Below, in pieces: positions 19,732 through 29,222 of a stretch of DNA of 32,000 nucleotides. The notes below the pieces were generated by a model, which saw nothing but the letters and a program-made list of their open reading frames with translations, was not told the origin of the DNA and did not search any database. The stretch's first letter is position 1, and each line of letters opens with the position of its first letter. Position numbers and translations under genes: made by a program. The stretch comes from Wolbachia endosymbiont strain TRS of Brugia malayi (GTDB lineage: Bacteria > Pseudomonadota > Alphaproteobacteria > Rickettsiales > Anaplasmataceae), in contig NC_006833.1 of NCBI RefSeq assembly GCF_000008385.1, positions 450,001-482,000 of the forward strand, written 5' to 3'.

Positions 19732-21840
19732 ATGTCATCACAATTATTGTTTGAATGCCTTTCAGAAGAAATACCATCAAGAATGCAGAACTCAGCTGCA
19801 GCTCAAGTTAAGAATTATATCACTAATGCTTTCAATAAAAATAATGTGAAATTTGCATCTATAGAAGTTTTTATAACGGCACGTCGCATCACTCTTTTTG
19901 TTGACAATATAAGCATTTCTGGGCTAAAAGGTTCTAACGATGAAATTAAAGGACCAAATGTCAACGCATCAAAAAGTGCCATCGAAGGTTTTTTAAGGAA
20001 GAATAAAAAAAGTGAAACAGATCTACTTGTTCGCAAGGTGAATAATGTAGACTTTTACTACCTTAAAAAGGACGTTTACTCATTTAACATCAAAGAATTC
20101 CTCAAAAGTCAACTAGAGGAAATGCTCAAAAATTTCTCTTGGCCAAAAAGTATGAGGTGGAGTGAAAGAAAAGAAAGATGGGTTAGGCCAATTAAGAATA
20201 TTTTATGTACTTTAAATAACGAGATAATACCTATATCTTTTGCAGGGATAACAGTATGCAACATAACATATGGCCATAGGTTTCTCTCAAGTGGCACAGC
20301 ATTAACTGTTAAAACACCTAAAGACTACTTTGAATTGCTAGAGAAAAACAACGTAATCCTTCAGCCGGGCAAAAGAAAGCAATTTATATTGGATCAGATT
20401 AACAAATTTACGAAGGAGCAGAATTTACAACTTGAAAAAAATGATTATTTACTAAATGAACTGACAGGACTTATAGAGTGGCCAATCGTATTATTTGGTG
20501 AAGTGAACCAAGAGAAATTATTGGGGTTACCAAAGGAAGTAATTCTTAGCATAATTAATACACAGCAAAAGTACCTTGCTTTGAGCAATGGACAGAAAAT
20601 TTCACATTTTATTACTGTTGTGAATGTTAACAATGATGAAGTTGTTAAAGGACACGCAAGAATATTGGAAGCGCGTCTTGCTGACGCCCAATTTTTGATA
20701 TCTCAGGACAAAAAGGAAAATCTGGATTATTATGTCAAAAAATTAGATTCTATATTATTCCATGCTTCTCTTGGTAGTGTTGGAGAAAAAGTAAAGCGCA
20801 TTATAACTTTATCAAAGTACATAGCAATATATGTTCCACGTGTTTCACTAATTAAAATTGGGCGTGCCGCATATTTAGCAAAAGCTGATCTAGCAACATT
20901 GATAGTAAAAGAATTTCCAGAATTGCAAGGAATAATGGGTGGATATTATGCTTCTTATTTCCAAGAAGATAGGGAGATAGTAGAAGCTATAACTGAACAT
21001 TATAAGCCAATTGGGCCAGAGCAAGAGTGCCCTAAGTCTTCTGCCGCAATTGTTATGTCCATTGCTGATAAGATAGATAGTTTGGTTGGTTTAATTGCAG
21101 CAGGTGAAAAGATTTCCGGCTCGTATGATCAGTTTGGTTTACGGAGAATGGCAATAGGTATAATTAGAATGATACTTGAAAATAATTTGCACATTCCGAT
21201 CAGGCTATTGATAGATAAATCAGTATCTTTATACCCCAAGCTTGTATTTACTAAAGATGTAACGTCAGTTGATCACCCCCATAAGTTAAGTAGAGCAGAA
21301 CTGGTGCTTAAGTTTTGCTTAGAAAGATTCAGGGTTATTTTAAAAAACAGAGATATAAGGCAAGATATTGTAGATTCAATATTGTGTAAAGATGATATTA
21401 ATGATCTGCTCACAGCAGAAAGGCAAACTGTTATATTGGATCGTTACCTTAATACGCCTGAAGGCAAGCAGATCCTGAGCACTTATAAAAGGGTCAGTAA
21501 CATAGTTAACAAAGCAGAAAAAAATGATAATACTGCTTACAGTGCACCCTATAATAAGAAGTTTTTAATTGAAAGCGAAGAAATGGTATTATCAGATTAT
21601 GCTATAACTGCTTGTAGAAACATTAAACAAGCAATGCAAAGTGGCAACTTTAACGCAGCGCTTGATGAGCTTATCCGTTTTACCCCATTTATTAATCAAT
21701 TTATGAACAGTGTAAAGATCAACTGCGATTCTGATAAGCTAAGAAGAAATAGATTGTCTTTGCTTGCTAATGTAGCTTCCACGTTTCATTTAGTAGCATG
21801 TTTTAACCTTATACAAGTTAAACAATGGGCTATGTCATAA
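19732..21840 (+). CDS. glyS: Glycyl-tRNA synthetase beta subunit
   Basis: 702 aa directly downstream of glyQ. 'LLFECLSEEIPSRMQ', 'FSWPKSMRWSERKERWVRPIKNIL', 'KIDSLVGLIAAGEKISGSYDQFGLRRMAIGIIRMI'. Confidence 0.97.
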   Translation: MSSQLLFECLSEEIPSRMQNSAAAQVKNYITNAFNKNNVKFASIEVFITARRITLFVDNISISGLKGSNDEIKGPNVNASKSAIEGFLRKNKKSETDLLVRKVNNVDFYYLKKDVYSFNIKEFLKSQLEEMLKNFSWPKSMRWSERKERWVRPIKNILCTLNNEIIPISFAGITVCNITYGHRFLSSGTALTVKTPKDYFELLEKNNVILQPGKRKQFILDQINKFTKEQNLQLEKNDYLLNELTGLIEWPIVLFGEVNQEKLLGLPKEVILSIINTQQKYLALSNGQKISHFITVVNVNNDEVVKGHARILEARLADAQFLISQDKKENLDYYVKKLDSILFHASLGSVGEKVKRIITLSKYIAIYVPRVSLIKIGRAAYLAKADLATLIVKEFPELQGIMGGYYASYFQEDREIVEAITEHYKPIGPEQECPKSSAAIVMSIADKIDSLVGLIAAGEKISGSYDQFGLRRMAIGIIRMILENNLHIPIRLLIDKSVSLYPKLVFTKDVTSVDHPHKLSRAELVLKFCLERFRVILKNRDIRQDIVDSILCKDDINDLLTAERQTVILDRYLNTPEGKQILSTYKRVSNIVNKAEKNDNTAYSAPYNKKFLIESEEMVLSDYAITACRNIKQAMQSGNFNAALDELIRFTPFINQFMNSVKINCDSDKLRRNRLSLLANVASTFHLVACFNLIQVKQWAMS

Positions 21841-23645
21841 ATATTCAAGCAATAAAGAAACAAATCGAGTTATCTCCACAATCTTGTGGTGTGTATCAAA
21901 TGATTGGAGATAAGGACAAAGTTTTATATGTTGGAAAGGCAAAAAACTTAAAATCAAGGTTATCTAACTACCTTCGATACGAAAATCTTTCTGAACGAAC
22001 TAAATTTATGCTCTCGCAAGTTATTAAGGTTGAAGTACTCGTCACTGAAAATGAAATAGATGCACTACTTCTTGAAGCACGACTAATCAAATCATTGAAG
22101 CCACCTTACAATATTATATTCAAGGATGGAAGATCTTATCCTTATATAGTGATTTCCAAGCACAATTACCCAAGAATAGCGCAATATAGAGGAAAATTCA
22201 AAAAAGGTGAATTTCACTATTATGGTCCCTTTATATCTGTCGCTGCTGTTAAGCAAACTATGTTGTCATTGCAAAAAACTTTTCTTTTGAGAGTATGTTC
22301 AGATCAATATTTTGCCTCAACAAAAAGGCCATGTATTGAATATCAAATTAAGCGCTGCTCAGCACCATGCGTTGGTAAAATTACAAAAGATGATTACTGT
22401 CAATCAGTAAAACAAACACGAGACACGTTGCTTGGAAGGAATGAGAAAGTGAAAAAACAGTTATCCTCTACAATGGAAAAGTGTAGCAAAGAAGAGAACT
22501 ATGAGCTTGCTGCTATATATAGAGATCGGTTAAAATTCCTTGAACAAATTCAAATGCAGTCAATGGATTTTTCTTTTGAAAAAGATGCAGATTTTTTCGG
22601 CATTGCACGTAAAGAGGATCTGGCGTGTATTGGTGTGTTATCATTCAGAAATAAAGATAACTATGGAAGCACTCCTTACTTTGTCGAAAACTGTAGTGAT
22701 CATCCAGATGATGAAATTTTATCCACCTTTTTAATCAAATTGTATAATTCAGCTAACATACCTCCAGCACAAATTTATGTTTCTGACTTTGTTACGGGTA
22801 AGGAAATTATAGAGCAAGCACTGCATAATGTTACTCACAAACCAATAAAAGCCTTGCATGCAAAAAGTAAAAAAGAACATAATTTGTTAAAATTTGTTTA
22901 TGATAACTCACAGCGTAGCCTAGAGCAAAAGCTCACTGATTATAAAAACAACCTAGAAAAATTTGAAGAGCTTAGCAAAATTTTCCTGTTACCCAATATT
23001 CCAAAACGTGTCGAAGTTTATGATAATAGCCATACATCTGGAAATCAACAAGTTGGTGTCATGGTTGTTGCAGGAAAGGAAGGTTTTTTAAAAAGTGAAT
23101 ACAGAAAATTTACTATCAAAGGAGAAATTTTAGGAGATGACTATGAAATGATGAGGGAAGTGCTAACCAGACGTTTCTCCAACAATACAAAGGACGTGGT
23201 TCCTGATTTTCTACTGATTGACGGTGGTCCAGGGCATATTTCCGTAGTGCAGAATGTGTTGAACACATTAAATATAAATGTTCCTTTTGCTTGTATGGCA
23301 AAAGGCTCTTACCGCAATGCAGGGAATGAGAGATTTTATATGCCAAACAGAGAGGATTTTACTTTGAAAAATGATAGCAAAGTCATGCTTTACCTACAAT
23401 CGCTACGCAACGAAGCTCATCGTTTTGCAATAACCTCGCACAGAAAAAAACGTGATAAGCAGTTTTTTGTTTCACCGTTAAGCAAAATAACCAGCATCGG
23501 TGATAAAAGAAAAAATGCGTTGATGTCTCATTTTGGTTCGGTAGAAAACATAAGCAAAGCTTCTCTAGCTGAAATTCAAAATGTAGCTAGAATTAGTAAG
23601 GAGTTAGCAGAAGTTATCCTTAAACACGTAGATAATAAAGAATAG
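21825..23645 (+). CDS. uvrC: Excinuclease ABC subunit C
   Basis: 606 aa. GIY-YIG domain 'GVYQMIGDKDKVLYVGKAKNLKSRLSNYLR', 'ARLIKSLKPPYNIIFKDGRSYPYIVI', 'VEVYDNSHTSGNQQVGVMVV', 'LLIDGGPGH', C-terminal HhH. Confidence 0.98.
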   Translation: MGYVINIQAIKKQIELSPQSCGVYQMIGDKDKVLYVGKAKNLKSRLSNYLRYENLSERTKFMLSQVIKVEVLVTENEIDALLLEARLIKSLKPPYNIIFKDGRSYPYIVISKHNYPRIAQYRGKFKKGEFHYYGPFISVAAVKQTMLSLQKTFLLRVCSDQYFASTKRPCIEYQIKRCSAPCVGKITKDDYCQSVKQTRDTLLGRNEKVKKQLSSTMEKCSKEENYELAAIYRDRLKFLEQIQMQSMDFSFEKDADFFGIARKEDLACIGVLSFRNKDNYGSTPYFVENCSDHPDDEILSTFLIKLYNSANIPPAQIYVSDFVTGKEIIEQALHNVTHKPIKALHAKSKKEHNLLKFVYDNSQRSLEQKLTDYKNNLEKFEELSKIFLLPNIPKRVEVYDNSHTSGNQQVGVMVVAGKEGFLKSEYRKFTIKGEILGDDYEMMREVLTRRFSNNTKDVVPDFLLIDGGPGHISVVQNVLNTLNINVPFACMAKGSYRNAGNERFYMPNREDFTLKNDSKVMLYLQSLRNEAHRFAITSHRKKRDKQFFVSPLSKITSIGDKRKNALMSHFGSVENISKASLAEIQNVARISKELAEVILKHVDNKE

Positions 23646-23697
23646 ATGCAGAGGTGTAGTTAAGATACAAGCGAAAAGACTTTAAATTTTTGCCTCA

Positions 23698-23825
23698 AAC
23701 CACATTGCACCTTATTGAGCCCATCTCATTTTAAGAACCTGTTTATAATCTTTTGAGGAGCGAGATAATGAAAGCAACAGTTTTTAGGGTTTATATTGAG
23801 TCAAAACTCCTGTGATAACGTTATA
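23698..23825. mobile_element. Possible insertion-sequence end/remnant
   Basis: 'aagaacctgtttataatcttttgaggagcgagataatgaaagcaacagtttttagggtttat' resembles the terminal/leader sequence of a short transposase-encoding IS. No downstream transposase ORF survives. Confidence 0.25.
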
Positions 23826-23899
23826 TATTTTGACTTCATCCATTTTGGGTAAGGTTAGACAAACTTTTTTATTTGAAACGCTATGTTATGGGATCAAGG

Positions 23900-25460
23900 C
23901 TAACCTTAATTCTCTTTGACTAATTTCTTTATTACACTACGTCTGTCTATCCAATGCAATTGGTCAAGCTCTGACTTAACACTAGGGGAAAACCTCTTTA
24001 AGCTGTTTGTGATACACTAGCCAACTCCCGTTGTACTGCTTCCTGATTTTTTATCTTTTCCTTTTGCTTTTTAACCTTCTCCAAATCTTGCTCTCTCTTT
24101 TTTATTATCCACTCAAACTCTCCCTTGTTTATATATCCCCTTTATTATAACTGTAAGTGAGCCTTTCAATACTTTGACTTAATCTCCTCTCTTCCTACTC
24201 AAGATTATGTTTTGTGATATAGCCATCAATGAGTATCTCAATATCTCTATTCAATCTACCTTTCTGTTTTTCAAACGCTTTATCCAGTGGCTTTTTATGC
24301 TCTGGAATTCTATGTTAGTACTCCTTTATAATTCTATTTGGCTCTTTTAATAAGTTTTCCACTTCTTCCCAGATAGGAGTTTCCAATATTTCTGCACGAA
24401 TTGGCTTACCACTACATCTTCTGATTTCACTATAACAATAATAAAGGTTAGGAGCACTACAACAATAGTAGCTTCTTTTAATATCGCCACTTTTTACACT
24501 GCGATAGGTACATCTACAACGCCAACATATAACCAATCCTTGAAGTAAAGACGTTCCTTTACCCTTCCGTACTCTTGCTCTTTCCCTATTTCAGCTAGTT
24601 GTTCTTGTACTGCATCAAATAATTTTTCTCCAATTATATTTGGTATTGTTATATTAATCCAACTTTCTCGGTCATTATGATAGACGGAATAGCTTTTTTT
24701 GCGCATTTCCTACTCCACTTCTTTTTTTATTGGACCTAACTTTGTTTTACCAAACGCTGCTTGCCCTTTGTATGTGAGATCCCTCAAGATTCTATTAATT
24801 GCACTTTGATGCCAATCTCTTTTGCCCTTTGGTATAATAATACACATCTTTTTCAGTCGTTGTACAGCTTCTCTTAAAGTCGCTCTTTCTTGATCTACTC
24901 ACGCAAACAGTTTGCGCACTATTTCGGCTTCCTCTTAATTAACTTCAAACCTTGCCTCTCCCCTCACTATATACTTTATATAACGGTAACCATAAGGAAT
25001 ATTACTCATTACACGACCTTCTCTTGCTGCATAGATTTTCTCCTCGGCGATTTCGTTCTTTCATCTTCTGCTGCTATTCCCTACACATCTAGTAAAGTAA
25101 TTCAGACCCTGGACTATCGTCTATCTGACAGTTCAAAAGAATTACCTTTGCTCCTGCTTTTTGGAACTCTTTAGATAAGAATTTCAGACCTGTACATTTA
25201 CGTAAAAAATGGCTAGGCAGATGAACGTAAATTTCACAATTTTACTTCTACTACTTTGCCACGTAAACTGTGTAAACCAGGATGCTTTAAATTTGATTCA
25301 CTATAACCATTATCGATGAATTTATATTCATCTAGCAGCTCATATCTACCCCTATCAATTCTACTTTCCAAGTTAGCAAATTAGCTACCTATTATATCCT
25401 CTTGTACTTGCCTTTTCAATGAAGCTCTCACATATAAATTTACTACTTTCATTTTACCGT
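23900..25460 (-). pseudogene. Decayed large serine recombinase (WO-prophage type resolvase/integrase)
   Basis: Minus-strand fragments in several frames, from N-terminus to C-terminus: MKVVNLYVRASLKRQVQED; ELLDEYKFIDNGYSESNLKHPGLHSLRGKVV; VYVHLPSHFLRKCTGLKFLSKEFQKAGAKVILLNCQIDDSPGSELLY*M; track ORF 24494-24706; then a zinc-ribbon region VICWRCRCTYRSVKSGDIKRSYYCCSAPN...RRCSGKPIRAEILETPIWEEVENLL (24315-24536). Confidence 0.88.
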
Positions 25461-25680
25461 ACTTCGTAAAGTTTGCTATTATTAATGGTTTATCTCCATT
25501 TTACAAATATATTAACCTTTTATGTCTAATGAGTTAAGCTTACTGTATGCCAATCTCAAGCATACATCTGTACGAACATCTGTTTGCGAGAGCAGTGTGC
25601 TAAATATTACAAACAGATTTTACCTAAAACACAAGGTGTCTTTGAAGTAGCAAACATTGAAATCTGAGATACTACTTTAG

Positions 25681-25992
25681 TAATAAATATTTTAGAAATT
25701 TACCAGATAAAAAAAGGCAAAAGAAGCTTCTCTGATGGCTAGTTATTTATATTAACTTTGTAAATTGGTGTTTTTTGTTGTCTTAAACACTTTAACAAGT
25801 GTATTTTACACTTATACTAAGTAAAAACCTTGAAAGTTTATAAAGACACGAGGTGCACATAGTACAAAAAATAAAATACAAGACGCCAAGCATGTTAAGT
25901 TTTTTACCGTTTAGCCTACACAGACTGAAGACAAATAACAACCCCAGTACTATAGTAAAGGGGTCAGCAGACTTATCAAGTAGTTTTTTTTT
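25681..25992 (+). repeat. Dispersed intergenic repeat, copy C
   Basis: 'AAATATTTTAGAAATTTACCAGATAAAAAAAGGCAAAAGAAG...TTGTAAATTGGTG...TGTCTTAAACACTTT...GTAAAAACCTTGAAAGTTTATAAAGACACGAGGTGCACATAGTACAAAA...AGCCTACACAGACT...TTATCAAGTAGTTTTTTTTT', same block order as copy B. Confidence 0.85.
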
Positions 25993-26051
25993 CATTGGGC
26001 TGGGATGCTACTAAAAGTTTGTTATGTAGGAGAACTTTTTACAGGGTGTAT

Positions 26052-27047
26052 TTACCTCAAATTTTTTGCAACATCAAGTGCTGCATAAGTGAATATTGCA
26101 CTTGCACCTGCACGTTTAAAACCAACCAAAGACTCATAAATTACTTTGTCATAATCTAGCCAACCATTGTTCGTTGCAGCTTTTATCATTGCATATTCAC
26201 CACTTACTTGGTAAGCAAAAATCGGAAAATTAAACTCATCACTTGCCATTTTTATTATATCTAAATATGGCATACCCGGCTTTACCATAATAAAATCTGC
26301 ACCTTCATTTAAATCCATTTCAATTTCACAAATTGCTTCTCTTGCATTTCTGTAATCCATTTGATAGCCACTTTTATCAATAGAATTTGATGATACGCAT
26401 GAACCAACAATTTGCCTGAATGGTGCATAAAAGCTGGAACAATATTTCACTGCATAAGACAATATTGACACATCCTGAAGGTTATTATCATCTAATACTT
26501 TTCTTATCCTTCCTACTCTGCCATCCATCATATCAGAAGACGCAACTATATTACACCCCGCCTTTGCTAAAGCAAGCGCTTGCTTGCACAATATTGATAC
26601 CGTTTTATCGTTTTCTACATCTATCTGATTGCTTTTTAAGATTCCATCATGACCATGAGTAGTGTATGGATCCAGCGCAACGTCTGCGATAATACCAATA
26701 CCCGGTACCTTTAATTTTATAGCACGAATTGCCTTGCAGATTAAGTTATCAGAATTGTATGCTTCCTCAGCATTCTCAGATTTTAATTTACTATCAACTA
26801 CAGGAAAAATTGCAACAGCATTAATTCCTAAATCCTCAGCTTCCTGAGCTATGGAAACCAATCCATCTATTGAGTAACATTTCATGCCAGGTAAGCTAGA
26901 AACTAGCTCAGTTGTTTCTTCTCTGTCATGAACAAACAGAGGAAAAATCAAATCATTTACTGATAAAGCGCTTTCACTTGTTAAATTACGAACCCATTTG
27001 CTTGAGCGCCTGCGTCTTAACCGTGTGTTTGGAAAATTAAACATCAT
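26052..27047 (-). CDS. hemB: Delta-aminolevulinic acid dehydratase (porphobilinogen synthase)
   Basis: 331 aa. 'NDLIFPLFVHD', 'GIIADVALDPYTTHGHDGIL', 'GCNIVASSDMMDGRVGRIR', 'SYAVKYCSSFYAPFR', 'ADFIMVKPGMPYLDII', 'FAYQVSGEYAMI'. Confidence 0.97.
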   Translation of the reverse strand: MMFNFPNTRLRRRRSSKWVRNLTSESALSVNDLIFPLFVHDREETTELVSSLPGMKCYSIDGLVSIAQEAEDLGINAVAIFPVVDSKLKSENAEEAYNSDNLICKAIRAIKLKVPGIGIIADVALDPYTTHGHDGILKSNQIDVENDKTVSILCKQALALAKAGCNIVASSDMMDGRVGRIRKVLDDNNLQDVSILSYAVKYCSSFYAPFRQIVGSCVSSNSIDKSGYQMDYRNAREAICEIEMDLNEGADFIMVKPGMPYLDIIKMASDEFNFPIFAYQVSGEYAMIKAATNNGWLDYDKVIYESLVGFKRAGASAIFTYAALDVAKNLR

Positions 27048-27155
27048 ACCCCTTCTAAAACTACCCTAACAGAAGTAAACATCAATGGCATTTTTGCGAT
27101 TTCTCCTCAAATTTCATTTTTATGAATAAAATATATAGTTTGTCTTTCTTATCAA

Positions 27156-28109
27156 TCAATTCACTTCTATTTCATGCAACTTTTTTATTTTACCAACAGA
27201 AAGACCTATTATTTCAGCTATAGCACCTATAGACATACCTGCCTTAAGTGAATTTTTCGCTACTGCTATTTTAGCTTTCTTCACACCTTCCTCCCTACCC
27301 TTCTCTGCTCCAACTTTGATGCCTCTCTCTTTGCTGATTTTGACACCTTCTTCTCTACCTTTTTCAGTAGCAAGATCAAGTCTGTATTCAAGGATGGCTT
27401 TTTCTTTCTGTAGATTCATTACTCTTTCTTCATACGCTATTATATCTTCTTCATTCCAATGAAACTCATCTAACCCATCGTATGCTAGCTTTATTATTAG
27501 TACTTTTTTGGCAACCCTTTTTAGATCTGTTTCAGTGGTATCCTCTGCATTCTTAAAAAAGAAGCACCAATGCTCTACTATATTTATTAATTGCTCTACT
27601 TTACTCTTAGAAAATTTAGGTAGTTCAATAAAGATAAATTGAAAATCTTTCAAGTAATGGCCATTGGTTTTTGTATCATGTATATTATGAGTAGATATAT
27701 AATCAACCTTTTCAGAGAGTAAGTTACAATTGGAAATTGCAATAAAGAAAACTTTCTTTAAATCAACAATGTAATTACCAGATTTATCTAATTGCCTTGA
27801 GTAAGCCTTAACAGCATAAGGTTGAACACGTTTTTCAAAGCCTTTGTTTATAGCGAGCTGCACTTCAATTACACGCCTAGTTCCAGTGGCATCCTTGCAG
27901 AAAACATCAACTATTATGCTTTGTTTGTTAGAGGCAATTTCAGGATCGATTATAGCGCTTAAGAATTCTACCTCTTGTATAGCATTTATTTCAGCGAATC
28001 CTAAAATATTATTGAGAAAGCAAATAATAATCTTCTTATTCTTTTCAGTGCCAAAGATTTTCTTAAATATTAGGTCAAATTTCAGATCAAGAAATTTTGA
28101 TAAAGCCAT
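27156..28109 (-). CDS. Rpn-family recombination-promoting nuclease / PD-(D/E)XK nuclease family transposase-like protein
   Basis: 317 aa. N-terminal 'FDLIFKKIFGTEKNKKIIICFLNNIL', catalytic-type region 'SIIVDVFCKDATGTRRVIEVQLAINKGFEKRVQPYAVKAYSRQL', and repetitive Glu/Lys/Gly-rich C-terminus 'EKGREEGVKISKERGIKVGAEKGREEGVKK'. Confidence 0.88.
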   Translation of the reverse strand: MALSKFLDLKFDLIFKKIFGTEKNKKIIICFLNNILGFAEINAIQEVEFLSAIIDPEIASNKQSIIVDVFCKDATGTRRVIEVQLAINKGFEKRVQPYAVKAYSRQLDKSGNYIVDLKKVFFIAISNCNLLSEKVDYISTHNIHDTKTNGHYLKDFQFIFIELPKFSKSKVEQLINIVEHWCFFFKNAEDTTETDLKRVAKKVLIIKLAYDGLDEFHWNEEDIIAYEERVMNLQKEKAILEYRLDLATEKGREEGVKISKERGIKVGAEKGREEGVKKAKIAVAKNSLKAGMSIGAIAEIIGLSVGKIKKLHEIEVN

Positions 28110-28196
28110 GACACAATAACCTTTAAAACTTTAATATTATATACTATGATACAAAATTTATCAAAAATTTTTTAATATAGTAATCAGCATATATAT

Positions 28197-29222
28197 TTAT
28201 AACCCTCGACCCGGCAAATTTCCAGTAAAGAGTAGTACTCCTGAAATGAGTATTACCCAAAGCACAGATATTGGTAGAAACACTTTCCAACCAAGACGCA
28301 TTAACTGATCATATCGATAACGAGGTATTGTTGCCCTAGTCCAAACAAATATAAATAGTAGCAAAACTATTTTTAAAACGAACCAAATTAATCCTGGTAT
28401 TTTATACAGTAAACTAAGCTTTAGTGGAGGATACCATCCTCCTAAAAAGAATATTGTCATCATAGCACTTCCTAAAATCATGTTTGCATATTCCCCTAAG
28501 AAAAAGAGAGCAAAAGGCATTGACGAATACTCGACATTATATCCAGAAACAAGTTCTGCCTCGGCTTCTGGTAAATCAAATGGGTGACGGTTAGTTTCTG
28601 CAAGTAGAGAAATAAAAAACACTACTCCTATGGGCATCATTAGCAAATCAATCCAAAACGGCATACTGTGTTTTGTAGCTACCATCTCTCCAAGATTCAG
28701 CGTACCAGTCGTAATCACAACTGTGGCCACTATTAAGCCCATTGAGACCTCATATGAAATCATCTGGGCAGCTGACCTTATGCTACCCAAAAATGCATAA
28801 TTGGAATTACTTGACCAGCCTGCAACAATAATGCCATATATCCCTAGAGAGGATATAGCTAACACATAGAGTACTCCAATATTAACATTTGCTATCACTT
28901 TAGGAATCACTATCTGCTGTCCGTTTTCCGTAATTACTTCAGCGCCAAATGGTATTACTGCCCAAACAATTAATGCTAAAATAAAAGTAAGCATCGGAGC
29001 CATTATGAACAATATGGTATTTGCTCTAAACGGTATTATCGGTTCTTTGACTAGTAGCTTAATAGCATCTGCAAATGGCTGTAATAGTCCAAAAGGCCCA
29101 ACCACGCTTGGACCATGTCTCAGTTGAATTGCACCAATGACTTTACGCTCAAAGTACACTAAATATGCAACCGAGAACAGTAGCGGTATCATAATAAATA
29201 AGATATTAACTAGCGTGTTCAT
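28197..29222 (-). CDS. nuoH: NADH-quinone oxidoreductase subunit H
   Basis: 341 aa. '[42 protein letters not shown]', '[44 protein letters not shown]', '[17 protein letters not shown]'. Confidence 0.98.
   Translation of the reverse strand: MNTLVNILFIMIPLLFSVAYLVYFERKVIGAIQLRHGPSVVGPFGLLQPFADAIKLLVKEPIIPFRANTILFIMAPMLTFILALIVWAVIPFGAEVITENGQQIVIPKVIANVNIGVLYVLAISSLGIYGIIVAGWSSNSNYAFLGSIRSAAQMISYEVSMGLIVATVVITTGTLNLGEMVATKHSMPFWIDLLMMPIGVVFFISLLAETNRHPFDLPEAEAELVSGYNVEYSSMPFALFFLGEYANMILGSAMMTIFFLGGWYPPLKLSLLYKIPGLIWFVLKIVLLLFIFVWTRATIPRYRYDQLMRLGWKVFLPISVLWVILISGVLLFTGNLPGRGL

Noticed and set aside
24890-25174. 94-aa plus-strand ORF MIYSRKQFAHYFGFLLINF...
   Set aside because: It lies antisense to the recombinase relic, whose catalytic and zinc-ribbon segments read clearly on the opposite strand.
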